DNA of 64,000 nucleotides. Origin: Gammaproteobacteria bacterium. GTDB taxonomy: Bacteria; Pseudomonadota; Gammaproteobacteria; UBA4575. Position numbers and translations under genes: made by a program. Where the stretch lies: assembly GCA_965243395.1 (NCBI GenBank), contig CBDEUS010000002.1, positions 192,001 to 256,000 of the forward strand, in the 5' to 3' direction. The notes beneath the pieces are model-generated. The model saw nothing but the letters and a program-made list of their open reading frames with translations, made no database searches and had not been told where the DNA came from. Numbering within the stretch: the stretch's first letter is position 1; each line of letters starts with the position of its first letter. Positions 50,293 through 60,829 of this stretch are shown piece after piece.

Positions 50293-52482
50293 TTAAGCAA
50301 TGATGTTTAAATTAGCATAGGCCAACACTAGCCATTTACTTCCTGCATCTTCAAAATGAACTTGTACCCGAGCACTACTACCTTTTCCTTCACAATCCAA
50401 TACTACACCTTCACCAAACTTAGCATGCGATACTCGTCCACCAATTTTAATTCCGGTATCTGCAAGCGCATCAGCTTTAGCACTCGTGCCATTAACCATA
50501 GTTGCTGATTGACGCATAGGTTGCGTTACCATAGCTCGAGGACGCACTTCTGCAATCAAATCCGCTGGTATTTCTCCAATAAATCTTGATGGTGGATTGT
50601 AATTATCTGATCCATACTGACGTCTAGATTCGGCATAAGTCATTACTAATTGTTTTCGTGCACGCGTGATTCCCACATAACAGAGTCTTCGTTCTTCTTC
50701 TAATTTGCCAGACTCTTCCATCGACATATTGGATGGAAATAAACCATCTTCCATACCAACAATAAATACCAATGGAAATTCTAAACCTTTAGCCGCGTGT
50801 AAAGTCATTAGCTGCACACAATCATCCCACTGTGCGCCTTGCCCTTCACCCGCTTCAAGCGCGGCATGGGTAAGAAAAGCATCTAACGGTGTCATGTCTT
50901 CATATAATTCGTTATCCATATGAAAACCACGTGCAGCTACAACAAGCTCTTCTAGATTTTCAATGCGCGATTTGGCTTTTTCGCTTCCATCTTTACCGTG
51001 ATGCGTCATCAAACCAGATACTTGTACGACATGATCAACTTGCTCTTTAAGTTCTAGTTCAGCAATGTCTTCTGAGAGTTTTGTCATCAAGTTCATAAAC
51101 TGTGCCACAGCATTAGCAGCTCGTGCTGCCAATAAACTTGATTGCATTACTTTTTGAGCTGCTTGCCAAAGTGTAATTTGGTGTTGCTTAGCAAAGTCAC
51201 GAATTAGAGCAACTGTACGCTGACCTATACCGCGCGTGGGCACATTGATAATGCGCTCAAAGGACGGATCATCATCTGTATTTTTAGCCAAACGCAAATA
51301 AGCGAGTGCATCTTTTATTTCTGCACGTTCAAAGAAACGTAAACCGCCATATACACGATATGGAATACTTTGCGATATAAAAACTTCTTCAAAAATACGC
51401 GATTGCGCATTGGAGCGATACAAAATAGCTACTTCTTCACGTTTACCATGGCAGGTATCTGTCCAATGTTTAATTTTATCCGCAACAAAACGCGCTTCAT
51501 CTTGCTCATTAAATGATGCATATAAATAAATGGGGTCCCCATCGTCACCATCGGTCCATAATTTTTTCCCCATGCGGCCTTGATTGTTATCAATTAAAGA
51601 ATTCGCCGCAGATAAAATAGTATTCGTAGAGCGATAGTTTTGTTCTAAGCGAAAAATTTGCGAGTTCTTAAAATCTTTTTCAAAGCTCTGAATATTTTCA
51701 ATACGTGCACCTCGCCAACCATAGATGGACTGATCATCATCGCCTACTGCAAAAATTGGGTTCTGCTCCCCCGCTAATAGTTTTAACCACAAGTACTGAA
51801 TAGAATTTGTATCTTGAAATTCATCTACCAATATATGACGGAACTTGGTTTGATAATGTGCGAGCAATTCCGGATGTTGTTTTAATAACTCTAAACTGCG
51901 CAGGAGTAGCTCTGCAAAATCCACTAAACCGGTTTGTTCACAAGCTTCCTGGTAAGCAGTATAAATACGAATTAACTGGCGTTGGGTAATGTCTCCATTG
52001 TCTTGCAAGTCTTTTGGACGGTGGCCTTCTTCTTTTTGGGAGTTTATAAACCAGCATGCATGTTTATGTGGCCATTTATCTTCATCTAACCCCAAACCTT
52101 GGATAACACGTTTCACTAAACGCAGCTGATCGCCACTGTCTAAAATTTGAAAACTTTGTTTGAGCTTTGCTTCCTGCCAATGTGCACGCAACATTCGATG
52201 TGAAATTCCATGAAAGGTGCCCATCCACATGCCGGCTAAGTGATTATTAAGTAGCTCTTCCACTCTTGCGCGCATTTCAGCCGCCGCTTTATTAGTGAAC
52301 GTGACAGCGAGAATACTAAACGGTGATACACCTTCTACTTCACATAGCCATGCAATACGATGCACCAATACGCGTGTTTTGCCACTGCCTGCACCCGCAA
52401 TTACTAATGAAGGAACTGTTGCCGCACTCACTGCATCTCTTTGCGCCTCATTTAGAGGTTCTAATATCGGAGTAACGTCCAT
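50293..52482 (-). CDS. uvrD: DNA helicase II
   Basis: AGAGSGKT, VDEFQD, VGDDDQSIY and EEERRL. ATG at 52482 follows the ubiB stop. Confidence 0.96.
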   Translation of the reverse strand: MDVTPILEPLNEAQRDAVSAATVPSLVIAGAGSGKTRVLVHRIAWLCEVEGVSPFSILAVTFTNKAAAEMRARVEELLNNHLAGMWMGTFHGISHRMLRAHWQEAKLKQSFQILDSGDQLRLVKRVIQGLGLDEDKWPHKHACWFINSQKEEGHRPKDLQDNGDITQRQLIRIYTAYQEACEQTGLVDFAELLLRSLELLKQHPELLAHYQTKFRHILVDEFQDTNSIQYLWLKLLAGEQNPIFAVGDDDQSIYGWRGARIENIQSFEKDFKNSQIFRLEQNYRSTNTILSAANSLIDNNQGRMGKKLWTDGDDGDPIYLYASFNEQDEARFVADKIKHWTDTCHGKREEVAILYRSNAQSRIFEEVFISQSIPYRVYGGLRFFERAEIKDALAYLRLAKNTDDDPSFERIINVPTRGIGQRTVALIRDFAKQHQITLWQAAQKVMQSSLLAARAANAVAQFMNLMTKLSEDIAELELKEQVDHVVQVSGLMTHHGKDGSEKAKSRIENLEELVVAARGFHMDNELYEDMTPLDAFLTHAALEAGEGQGAQWDDCVQLMTLHAAKGLEFPLVFIVGMEDGLFPSNMSMEESGKLEEERRLCYVGITRARKQLVMTYAESRRQYGSDNYNPPSRFIGEIPADLIAEVRPRAMVTQPMRQSATMVNGTSAKADALADTGIKIGGRVSHAKFGEGVVLDCEGKGSSARVQVHFEDAGSKWLVLAYANLNIIA

Positions 52483-52484
52483 CC

Positions 52485-54047
52485 CTAAAAAAACCACAGT
52501 GCCGCTAATACACCCACAAAACCAAGCACCAATACATACAATAAATTTTGGTTGGATTTTTTAATTTCTTTGCGTATCTCAATTAGTTCTTGACTATGCA
52601 TTTCCAGTTTAGTTTGTCCTTGCTCAAAAGTTTTCATAGTGGAATACACTAAATCTGGAATTTCCGGTAAACGTTCTGCTAACCGAGGCAACTGTTTGCG
52701 TATTCCAGCAGCCAATGCACGCACGCCTACTTGTTCGCTCATCCAACGATCTAAAAATGGCTTGGCGGTTTTCCAAAGATCTAAATCGGGATCAAGCGTT
52801 CGCCCTAAACCTTCAATGTTTAACAAGGTTTTTTGCAACAACACAAGTTGTGGTTGCACCTCCATATCAAAACGTCTTGCAGTTTGAAATAAACGCAGCA
52901 ATAAACTTCCAAATGAAATTTCACTTAACGGTCGTTGAAAAATAGGTTCACAAACAGTTCGAATCGCGGATTCAAATTGGTCCACACGTGTATAAGATGG
53001 CACCCAACCGGATTCTAAGTGCAATTCTGCTACACGCCGATAATCACGATTAAGGAACGCAAGAAGATTTTCAGCAAGATAGCGTTGATCAGATGGTGAC
53101 AAAGTTCCCATGATGCCAAAGTCGACACCTACATATTTTGGATCTTCTGGGTTTTCATAAGAAACAAAAATATTCCCTGGATGCATGTCTGCATGAAAAA
53201 AATTATGGCTAAACACTTGTGTAAAAAAGATATGGCTGCCTCGGTCAGACAATTTCTTTAAGTTCACACCATGTTTGCGTAGTGCTTCAATATCATTTAC
53301 CGGTATACCGTGAATACGCTCTTGTACCATTACATTGCGCGTGCACAAATCAAAATACACTTCTGGTACATAAAGATCCGTTGAGTTTTCAAAATTTCTA
53401 CGCAACTGACTGGCATTGGATGCTTCGCGCATCAAATCCAATTCATCCATAATGATTTGTTCATATTCATCCACTACTTCTTTGGGGCGTAACCGTCGAC
53501 CGTCTTCCCAATAACGATGTGCGATGGATGCCAACGCATGCATGAGCTCTAAATCTTTACGCACTTGCTTATGCACATCCGGACGTAAAACTTTTACCAC
53601 CACATCTGTTCCATCATGTAATTTTGCGGTATGGACTTGAGCAATTGAGGCCGAAGCCAGCGGTTCTACACTGAACTCTGCGAAGGTTTTACTTACGGGT
53701 TCTTTAAAGGCTTTTTCGATGATCTCTTGCGCAACTTCACCTGAGAATGGTGGTACGCGGTCTTGTAATAACGCCAATTCATTAGCGATATCTTCGGGCA
53801 AAAGATCACGTCGTGTAGATAGGGCTTGTCCAAACTTTACAAAGATAGGGCCTAAATCTTCTAGTGCACGGCGAATGCGTGCCCCATGACTGGTTTCTAG
53901 TTTACGAAACCAGTGCCAAGGTAATAAATACAATAAAAAACGTATAGGGCGGAAAAAAGGCACTGCAAGCAGTACTTCTTCTAAGCCATGTCGAAACAAC
54001 ACTACGTTAATGTGCAGGATGCGGAAAAGTAAACGGATATAACGCAT
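52485..54047 (-). CDS. ubiB: Ubiquinone biosynthesis kinase UbiB
   Basis: LGPIFVKFGQ, ASASIAQVH, FFHADMHPGN and DFGI. Confidence 0.96.
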   Translation of the reverse strand: MRYIRLLFRILHINVVLFRHGLEEVLLAVPFFRPIRFLLYLLPWHWFRKLETSHGARIRRALEDLGPIFVKFGQALSTRRDLLPEDIANELALLQDRVPPFSGEVAQEIIEKAFKEPVSKTFAEFSVEPLASASIAQVHTAKLHDGTDVVVKVLRPDVHKQVRKDLELMHALASIAHRYWEDGRRLRPKEVVDEYEQIIMDELDLMREASNASQLRRNFENSTDLYVPEVYFDLCTRNVMVQERIHGIPVNDIEALRKHGVNLKKLSDRGSHIFFTQVFSHNFFHADMHPGNIFVSYENPEDPKYVGVDFGIMGTLSPSDQRYLAENLLAFLNRDYRRVAELHLESGWVPSYTRVDQFESAIRTVCEPIFQRPLSEISFGSLLLRLFQTARRFDMEVQPQLVLLQKTLLNIEGLGRTLDPDLDLWKTAKPFLDRWMSEQVGVRALAAGIRKQLPRLAERLPEIPDLVYSTMKTFEQGQTKLEMHSQELIEIRKEIKKSNQNLLYVLVLGFVGVLAALWFF

Positions 54048-54049
54048 AT

Positions 54050-54673
54050 TTAAGAATCTGATAGGTTTTCAATACGCTGAATACGCGCTTCTAAACGTTG
54101 CACATAAGCATCCAAATCATCTACATCACTCATGAAACGATTGATTTCAACTTTAGTGGGCAAAATGCGTGACTCTTCTTGTAAGTATTCACTTACATCC
54201 ATTTGAAAATTATCTATTGAGCGTTTGCCATAGCTCCCAAAGCGTTTTGCAAAGATCCCCAACTGATAGGCAACGGAATCCCCAACATATTTTGAAGCGA
54301 CTTCTTCCCAATCGATATCCACTTCTTTAAAAATTGAATGTAATTGGTTGGCAAACTCCACATCACCTTCAATTTTTAAAGAACCATTATTCAACATGGC
54401 TTGGTACTCTGCACCCAAACCCATTCTAACCAAACTGATAATATTAGAATGTATTGTTGTCGTAAATTCTTGTTGGCTTTCTTCTTGCTCTTCATTCACC
54501 AAATGCTCACTCACTGTAATACCGGATGACTCGGGTGTAGCAATAAAATTCTTGTCAATATCATTTAAGTGAACGAGTAATAGTTTACCTTCATACTGAT
54601 TTAACTTAGCCGCGACCTCAGGATCACTATCTAAATATTTCTGCACCGCATTATTGATAAGCTTGAGTAACAT
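54050..54673 (-). CDS. ubiJ: Ubiquinone biosynthesis accessory factor UbiJ (SCP2)
   Basis: Lies between ubiE and ubiB; IEGD, DWEE and EYLQEE. Confidence 0.9.
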   Translation of the reverse strand: MLLKLINNAVQKYLDSDPEVAAKLNQYEGKLLLVHLNDIDKNFIATPESSGITVSEHLVNEEQEESQQEFTTTIHSNIISLVRMGLGAEYQAMLNNGSLKIEGDVEFANQLHSIFKEVDIDWEEVASKYVGDSVAYQLGIFAKRFGSYGKRSIDNFQMDVSEYLQEESRILPTKVEINRFMSDVDDLDAYVQRLEARIQRIENLSDS

Positions 54674-54678
54674 ATTTT

Positions 54679-55428
54679 TTAAATAGATAGTTTGTAACCG
54701 CGATGAATGCTAACGATTCCGCCGTTTAAATTTAAATAATCGCATTTTTCAAAACCTGCGGTTTCAATCATCGACCTCAGGGTTTCTTGATCAGGGTGTT
54801 TACGAATGGATTCAGCTAGGTACTGATAACTATCTGCATCTTTAGCAATAATCTCACCCATCCTTGGTAAAAACTTAAATGAGTAAGCATCATATATATC
54901 TTGCATCCATTTTTGTGGTTTAGAAAATTCCAACACTAATAATTGACCGCCAGGTTTTAATAATTTAAATATTTCGCGTAATGCTTTGCTCTTGTCAGTA
55001 AAATTACGCAAACCGAATGCAATCATCACACGATCAAAATGATCATCAGGGAAAGGCAAGTTCTCGCCCATCGCTTGCACATAACGAACATTATTTAACA
55101 AACCTTTATCCACCATGCGTCTACGACCCTCTTCTAGCATCGCACCATTGGGATCACATAAAATTACTGAACCCTGCTTGTCTAACTTCGGCACAATTAA
55201 AGTAGAGATATCACCTGTGCCTGCTGCCAAATCCAGAATTTGAAAATGGGGGCGGATATTTGCCAAGTGGATAAATTGTCGCTTCCATAATCGATGCATC
55301 CCGAATGACATCACATCATTCATCACATCATATTTGCCGGCGACCGACTCAAAGACAGCCGTAACTTTTTCAGTTTTCTCCTCAGGACTTACATCCTGAT
55401 AGCCAAAATGTGTGGATTTATCAGACAT
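54679..55428 (-). CDS. ubiE: Ubiquinone/menaquinone C-methyltransferase
   Basis: THFGY, YDVMND, FGLRN and YLAESI. Confidence 0.96.
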   Translation of the reverse strand: MSDKSTHFGYQDVSPEEKTEKVTAVFESVAGKYDVMNDVMSFGMHRLWKRQFIHLANIRPHFQILDLAAGTGDISTLIVPKLDKQGSVILCDPNGAMLEEGRRRMVDKGLLNNVRYVQAMGENLPFPDDHFDRVMIAFGLRNFTDKSKALREIFKLLKPGGQLLVLEFSKPQKWMQDIYDAYSFKFLPRMGEIIAKDADSYQYLAESIRKHPDQETLRSMIETAGFEKCDYLNLNGGIVSIHRGYKLSI

Positions 55429-55553
55429 ACATGCTTAATTCTTATAGATATTTTCTGGTTTTCTTCTGGGCACAGTTTAAACAAAATCAGCGCCCAATGG
55501 GGATTAGATTTTGCTAGAGTTAGCCTAAGGTTGGCCAGGGTACTGCTAAAGAA

Positions 55554-55730
55554 ATGTTTGACTTGTCAAAAATACCATCACTACTCATGCTGATATGTTT
55601 TATTGGCATCGTAGTATCCATCTGGATTGCACTAGATCCCATCCGACAAAAACAAAGAAAACCGAAATATTTTTTAGTTACATTGGTTTTCTTTGCAGGG
55701 TTTTTACTAGTTGCTTGGTGGGACATGTGA
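55554..55730 (+). CDS. Small two-TM hypothetical protein (58 aa, not in the ORF track)
   Basis: MFDLSKIPSLLMLICFIGIVVSIWIALDPIRQKQRKPKYFLVTLVFFAGFLLVAWWDM: TM helix, basic loop, TM helix. Confidence 0.55.
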   Translation: MFDLSKIPSLLMLICFIGIVVSIWIALDPIRQKQRKPKYFLVTLVFFAGFLLVAWWDM

Positions 55731-55733
55731 GTG

Positions 55734-55788
55734 AGCGCAGGGTAGTAAGCGCAGGGATGCGCGAATATGATATCCATCAGGGATGATG
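55734..55788 (+). repeat. Cluster of CAGGGATG-loop hairpins
   Basis: GCGCA-GGGA-TGCGC at 55749-55762 and CATCA-GGGA-TGATG at 55775-55788; AGCGCAGGG is duplicated at 55734 and 55748. Confidence 0.6.
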
Positions 55789-55853
55789 CAACCAAATAAA
55801 GTTTGGTAAACTAAAATAATGCACCGGTTGGAAAATTCAAAGTATAAATTCAA

Positions 55854-55883
55854 AATGACTGTTAACGACCCAAAGCTGACATT
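55854..55883. repeat. 30-bp 12-6-12 inverted-repeat site (left flank of the orphan gene)
   Basis: AATGACTGTTAA-CGACCC-AAAGCTGACATT. Confidence 0.65.
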
Positions 55884-55903
55884 CATACTGGATCGGGTTT
55901 TTT

Positions 55904-56470
55904 GTGATTAAGTTGATTTGCAGGTTTATATTCCTAATTGTGATCACAATTCCTTTTGTCTCAACAGGAATTTGTGACTCGTGGAGTTTTCCAAAAAAAG
56001 CTGATGAAACTGTATATAAATACGGTGAAACCAAAATAATTAAAACAATAGATGGAAGAAATAACGATCAATATCCAGATTACATCATAGATATATATAA
56101 CAAAGACAAACTTGTTGCTAAATATAGAGGAATTTCATTTCAGCATATAGCTGCTTCTAAAAATAATGATGTCTTTATTGGTATTTCAAATGATGGGCTT
56201 CCTGGTACGGCTTTTGTTGTGTTTGATTCAAAAGGTAATCTGAGGATTGAAGCTAAGCATTATATGTTTCCACTTCAATACTGTGATGAATCAGTGACAC
56301 GATTTAGAGTGTGGTATGACAATGAAAACCCTAATCTTCATTTCATATATTCAGACTCTGATGAGTTTGAAGATATAGTACTAAATGGTTGTGGCGGTAA
56401 AGAAATAAAGATCATTGAGCATTTGTTCAATAGCAGGACATATGAGAGCCTGCCTGAAAACGCAGATTAA
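55904..56470 (+). CDS. Hypothetical exported protein, AT-rich
   Basis: Signal-like N-terminus; frequent ATA/AGA codons compared with neighbouring core genes. Confidence 0.75.
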   Translation: MIKLICRFIFLIVITIPFVSTGICDSWSFPKKADETVYKYGETKIIKTIDGRNNDQYPDYIIDIYNKDKLVAKYRGISFQHIAASKNNDVFIGISNDGLPGTAFVVFDSKGNLRIEAKHYMFPLQYCDESVTRFRVWYDNENPNLHFIYSDSDEFEDIVLNGCGGKEIKIIEHLFNSRTYESLPENAD

Positions 56471-56473
56471 ATA

Positions 56474-56503
56474 AATGACCGCTATTGGCCTAAAGCAGAC
56501 AAA
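56474..56503. repeat. 30-bp 12-6-12 inverted-repeat site (right flank of the orphan gene)
   Basis: AATGACCGCTAT-TGGCCT-AAAGCAGACAAA; 21/30 identical to 55854-55883. Confidence 0.65.
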
Positions 56504-56551
56504 TTTAAATAAGAATAATTAACTTTAATAAGAAAGTTAGTTTATTGTCCT

Positions 56552-56917
56552 TTAACCACTGTTTTTCCGCTCATAGCCCGCTTCTTTTAAACGTTCTAAG
56601 TAACGTGACCAATTTGCCTCTTTGTTTGTACCTAAATTATGTAAATGGTCCCAGGAAAAAATACCTGAATCATGGTTATCATCAAACACCAGTTGCACTG
56701 CATAATTGCCAACTGGATTGATCGCAGTAATATTTACATCTTCCTTTCCGACTTGCAGTACTTCTTGACCCGGTCCATGACCCTGCACTTCTGCAGAAGG
56801 CGAGTGTGTGCGCAAATATTCGCAAGTCAGTTTAAAATGCTTACCATCATCAAATTCTATTTCTAAAATTCTGGACTTTTGATGTAACTCAATTTTTGTG
56901 GGAACTGCTATAGCCAT
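56552..56917 (-). CDS. DUF971 (GBBH-like N-terminal) protein
   Basis: EYLRTHSPSAEVQGHG, VGNYA and HDSGIFSW. ATG at 56917 avoids overlap with hslU. Confidence 0.9.
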   Translation of the reverse strand: MAIAVPTKIELHQKSRILEIEFDDGKHFKLTCEYLRTHSPSAEVQGHGPGQEVLQVGKEDVNITAINPVGNYAVQLVFDDNHDSGIFSWDHLHNLGTNKEANWSRYLERLKEAGYERKNSG

Positions 56918-56942
56918 AAATATAAAATCCTGGTGCTCTTGC

Positions 56943-58268
56943 TCATAAGATGTACTTAGATAAATCTTGATCTTTAACAAGCTCTCCAATATTTTCATCT
57001 ACATACCCAGCATCTACGGTAAACGATTTACCGCTTTCATCCGGTGCGCTGTAGGAAATATTTTCTAATAGCCTTTCCATTACGGTATGCAAGCGACGTG
57101 CTCCAATATTTTCGGTAGATTCATTCACATCATGTGCAACTTGAGCAATTTTTCGTACGCCATCTTGTGCAAAATCGAGCTTTACACCTTCAGTATCTAG
57201 CAGTGCGGTATATTGCTCTGTTAAAGATGCATCCGGCTCAGTAAGAATTCGAACAAAATCGTCAGTTGATAGCGCTTTTAGTTCTACACGTATGGGTAAA
57301 CGACCTTGTAGTTCTGGAATAAGATCAGATGGTTTGGAAACATGAAACGCACCTGAGGCTATAAATAAAATATGATCTGTTTTAACGATACCGTATTTCG
57401 TGTTGACAGTGCAGCCTTCTACCAAAGGTAACAAATCGCGCTGCACCCCTTCACGTGATACGTCCGCACCACTAGTTTGGCTATTTTTAGCAACTTTATC
57501 GATTTCATCTAAAAATACGATGCCATTTTGCTCTACATTTTCTAGTGCGTTCGCTTTGAGCTCTTCTTCATTTACCAGTTTATGCGCTTCTTCATCCGTT
57601 AATGCCTTCATCGCATCTTTGATACGCATTTTTCGTGTTTTCTTTTTTCCAGTATTTAAATTTTGAAACATACCGGTTAACTGACTCGCCATTTCCTCCA
57701 TACCCGGCGGTGTCATAATCTCAACGCCTACGGGTGTTGCAGCTAAATCGATTTCGATTTCAGTATCGTCTAAATCACCTTCACGTAATTTTTTGCGAAA
57801 CTTTTGACGTGTTTCTAGATTGTAGTCAGGCCTCTCTTCGGATGGATCTACACGTGAGGGTACGAGAATATCTAAGATACGATCTTCCGCAGCTTCTTCA
57901 GCACGAAAGCGGACTTTTTCCATTTCTGTTTCGCGCATCATTTTGACAGCGGTATCAACCAAATCGCGAATGATGGAATCAACCTCTTTACCCACATAAC
58001 CTACTTCGGTGAATTTTGTTGCTTCAACCTTTATAAAAGGCGCATTGGCTAGTTTTGCCAAACGACGTGCGATTTCAGTCTTACCCACACCGGTAGGGCC
58101 TATCATTAAAATATTTTTAGGTGTGACTTCTACACGCAACTCTTCAGGCAATTGTAGGCGACGCCAACGATTACGTAATGCAATCGCAACGGCACGTTTG
58201 GCTTCATCCTGACCAACAATATGCTTATCAAGTTCTTGTACGATTTCACGTGGTGTCATGTTTGACAT
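56943..58268 (-). CDS. hslU: ATP-dependent protease ATPase subunit HslU
   Basis: [29 protein letters not shown] and DLSKYIL. Confidence 0.98.
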   Translation of the reverse strand: MSNMTPREIVQELDKHIVGQDEAKRAVAIALRNRWRRLQLPEELRVEVTPKNILMIGPTGVGKTEIARRLAKLANAPFIKVEATKFTEVGYVGKEVDSIIRDLVDTAVKMMRETEMEKVRFRAEEAAEDRILDILVPSRVDPSEERPDYNLETRQKFRKKLREGDLDDTEIEIDLAATPVGVEIMTPPGMEEMASQLTGMFQNLNTGKKKTRKMRIKDAMKALTDEEAHKLVNEEELKANALENVEQNGIVFLDEIDKVAKNSQTSGADVSREGVQRDLLPLVEGCTVNTKYGIVKTDHILFIASGAFHVSKPSDLIPELQGRLPIRVELKALSTDDFVRILTEPDASLTEQYTALLDTEGVKLDFAQDGVRKIAQVAHDVNESTENIGARRLHTVMERLLENISYSAPDESGKSFTVDAGYVDENIGELVKDQDLSKYIL

Positions 58269-58308
58269 ATAAAAAGGCTTTTCCTAAAAGTTTGTTATAG
58301 CTCTGCTT

Positions 58309-58842
58309 TTATAGTTCTTCGATAGAGATATTAGTATTGGTATAAATACAAATGTTGGCAGCAATATTTAAAGACTTTTCGACAATTTCTTTGGCACTTA
58401 ATTCTGTATTTTCTAACAACGCTCTAGCTGCGGCTTGAGCAAACGGCCCACCTGAGCCAATAGCAACCAGTGCGTCTTCAGGTTCAATCACATCGCCATT
58501 ACCCGAAATAATAAGCGAAGTTTCTTTATCCGCGACTGCAAGTAAGGCCTCTAATCTGCGAAGCATACGATCTGTACGCCAATCTTTTGCGAGTTCAACA
58601 GCAGCACGTGTAAGTTGACCGTTATGTTGCTCGAGCTTTGTTTCAAACCGTTCGAACAATGTGAACGCATCGGCCGTCCCGCCCGCAAAGCCTGCGATGA
58701 CTTTGTCGTTATACAAACGACGAATTTTACGCGCATTACCTTTCATGATGGTGTTACCAAGCGAGACCTGGCCATCGCCACCTAATGCCACGCTGCCATT
58801 GCGACGCAGTGAGACAATCGTTGTGCCTTTGAACTGTTCCAT
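58309..58842 (-). CDS. hslV: ATP-dependent protease peptidase subunit HslV
   Basis: [20 protein letters not shown] and IGSGG. Confidence 0.98.
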   Translation of the reverse strand: MEQFKGTTIVSLRRNGSVALGGDGQVSLGNTIMKGNARKIRRLYNDKVIAGFAGGTADAFTLFERFETKLEQHNGQLTRAAVELAKDWRTDRMLRRLEALLAVADKETSLIISGNGDVIEPEDALVAIGSGGPFAQAAARALLENTELSAKEIVEKSLNIAANICIYTNTNISIEEL

Positions 58843-58894
58843 AGAGTGAATGTGTTGTTAAGTAAGAAGTAGAATATGCATTTTCAGTTATTCT

Positions 58895-58923
58895 ACATTG
58901 GGTTTCTATAACCCATTTTCAAG
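58895..58923 (-). promoter_or_regulatory. Sigma32 promoter for hslVU
   Basis: Minus strand CTTGAAA-atgggttatagaaa-CCCAATGT. Confidence 0.65.
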
Positions 58924-58960
58924 AGCTCAGATCGAACTATTAACGGGAAAAATGTGGGGT

Positions 58961-59932
58961 TTATTCGTCTTCGGTGAAGTCGTTATTTAAATTTCTTGGA
59001 TGTGTTTTTTTGGCACGAGGGTGGGCCTCGTCATACACCTGGGCAAGATGTTGAAAATCCAGATGTGTATACACTTGCGTAGTACTGATGTCAGCATGTC
59101 CGAGCATTTCTTGTACGGCACGCAAATCTCCGCTGGATTCTAATAAATGACTGGCAAATGAATGTCGCAACATATGTGGATGCACATGTTTATCAATGCC
59201 TTGTTCTCTTCCAAGTTGCGCCATACGTTGTTGCACCGCACGAGGAGATAATCGTTTACCACGATTATTCACGAATACGGCTAATTCATTTTCACTTGCA
59301 ATATTTGGGCGTGCTTCAAGCCAACGCTTTAATGCTTTACAGGCATTTGCGCCAATAGGTAAGTAGCGCATCTTGTTGCCTTTACCCATTACCTGAACTT
59401 GTGCTTGGTGGAGATCGATAGCATCTAAGTTTAGATTTACTAATTCTGCTAAACGTAAACCGGATGAGTACATCAATTCCATCATCGCTACATCACGTAG
59501 CTTAAGAGGATTTTGCGGCCCTTCATTAAGTAATCGATTAATTTCATCAACATCTAATAAATTAGGTAGTTTCTTCTGAATGCTGGGCCCGCTTACATCG
59601 GCTACAGGATTGTTCTCTACTAACTGCTCACGTTGTAAAAAGGTAAAAAAGCCACGGATAGCACTGAGTGAGCGATGCAGGCTCCTTGCGGAAACACCGC
59701 GTCTGCGTCGCGAACCGGCGAAATTGCGCACGTGCAGACTATCTACATCGCAACAATCATAAACATTTACGGCATTGATAAATTCGAAAAACTGTTGAAG
59801 GTCTCTTTGATAGCTATCTAATGTAGCGGGAGAGTAGCGGCGTTCATCCTGTAGATATCGCAGGTAACGCTGAAAAAGTTGTTGGGTAGTTTGTTGTCCT
59901 GTTTCAGGACTGGTTACTACTGCCATAGGCAA
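58961..59932 (-). CDS. xerC: Tyrosine recombinase XerC
   Basis: SSGLRLAEL, GKGNK, HPHMLRHSFASH, VQEMLGH and TTQVYTH; dapF-DUF484-xerC context. Confidence 0.95.
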   Translation of the reverse strand: MPMAVVTSPETGQQTTQQLFQRYLRYLQDERRYSPATLDSYQRDLQQFFEFINAVNVYDCCDVDSLHVRNFAGSRRRRGVSARSLHRSLSAIRGFFTFLQREQLVENNPVADVSGPSIQKKLPNLLDVDEINRLLNEGPQNPLKLRDVAMMELMYSSGLRLAELVNLNLDAIDLHQAQVQVMGKGNKMRYLPIGANACKALKRWLEARPNIASENELAVFVNNRGKRLSPRAVQQRMAQLGREQGIDKHVHPHMLRHSFASHLLESSGDLRAVQEMLGHADISTTQVYTHLDFQHLAQVYDEAHPRAKKTHPRNLNNDFTEDE

Positions 59933-60079
59933 ACCTAAATTTACGAAACTGTCTGCTAACTTAGCATTAATTCAGTGTATTTGTATAACTTTAAACTTTA
60001 TTTAACAGATAAAATTAATGTATTAAAGGTTTATCGGTAATTTTAATCGAAATTATTTGCCGAGCTAATATTTTCTGCT

Positions 60080-60829
60080 TTATTCGTCTATAGAAACAAA
60101 CTGCTGCAGTTTAGCTCCTACAATCTCACCTAAATTTCCTAAAAATAAAGTACCCATTCCACTTTGGAAACGATTAGCGTCTGTGCTGCCTAAAAACAAT
60201 ACACCCAGTTGATGTTTTTTCTTCAATGCTACCGCTGCTGCTGAGCGAATGGGTTTTTTGGCTTTTTCATTATCAAAAACATTATCAATTTGTCGCTTGG
60301 TAAGAAATGCCACACCACGACGCCGACTAGAGAATAAGTCCTGAATAAGTTTTGATTTTTGTAATGTCCGCTCCATTTCAGAGCAGTTTTTAACACTGGT
60401 ATCTGGCAACAATTCGAACAAACGCAACAGCACTTTTGTTCCTGGAAAATCTGTATGTAGTAGTTCGCATATACCCGCAAGCGATTCATCAAAGCCTTTG
60501 ATGGAAACTAGACCTAAAGTTAATGCATGTAGGCGACGACTTACCCGTTCATTTTCTTTAGCTACAGTGATGAGCTGATGAAGCTTGTGGTCAAGCTCTT
60601 TATTCTTATTTCGAAGTAGTTCTACCTGACGCTCAACCAGTGAAACGGCTTCTCCAGTCTCATGTGGAATAGCGAGTGTTTCAATTAACTCGCCATGGTG
60701 CATAAAAAAATCACTATGCGTTCTCAAATAACGTGCAACTTGCTCACGTGTTAATTTTACCTTCGGTCCGCTTGCAGGTTCACTCGTTGCTATCTTGGCG
60801 GATAATTTAGGCTTGCTCTGTGTCGTCAT
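60080..60829 (-). CDS. DUF484 (YigA) family protein
   Basis: VSLVERQ..LR and F..GMGTLFL. Confidence 0.9.
   Translation of the reverse strand: MTTQSKPKLSAKIATSEPASGPKVKLTREQVARYLRTHSDFFMHHGELIETLAIPHETGEAVSLVERQVELLRNKNKELDHKLHQLITVAKENERVSRRLHALTLGLVSIKGFDESLAGICELLHTDFPGTKVLLRLFELLPDTSVKNCSEMERTLQKSKLIQDLFSSRRRGVAFLTKRQIDNVFDNEKAKKPIRSAAAVALKKKHQLGVLFLGSTDANRFQSGMGTLFLGNLGEIVGAKLQQFVSIDE

Noticed and set aside
55520-55795. 91-aa minus-strand ORF
   Set aside because: It runs through the repeat hairpins and is not protein-like; the + strand 58-aa two-TM ORF is more plausible.
55854-56503. Classical integron attC sites or pdif sites
   Set aside because: The sites are too short for attC and lack RYYYAAC/GTTRRRY boxes, the arms do not match the XerC/XerD consensus, and no intI is in the window.
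60000-60027. dif-like site upstream of xerC (ATTTAACAGAT...)
   Set aside because: Only a partial XerD-arm match and no XerC arm, in very AT-rich DNA.
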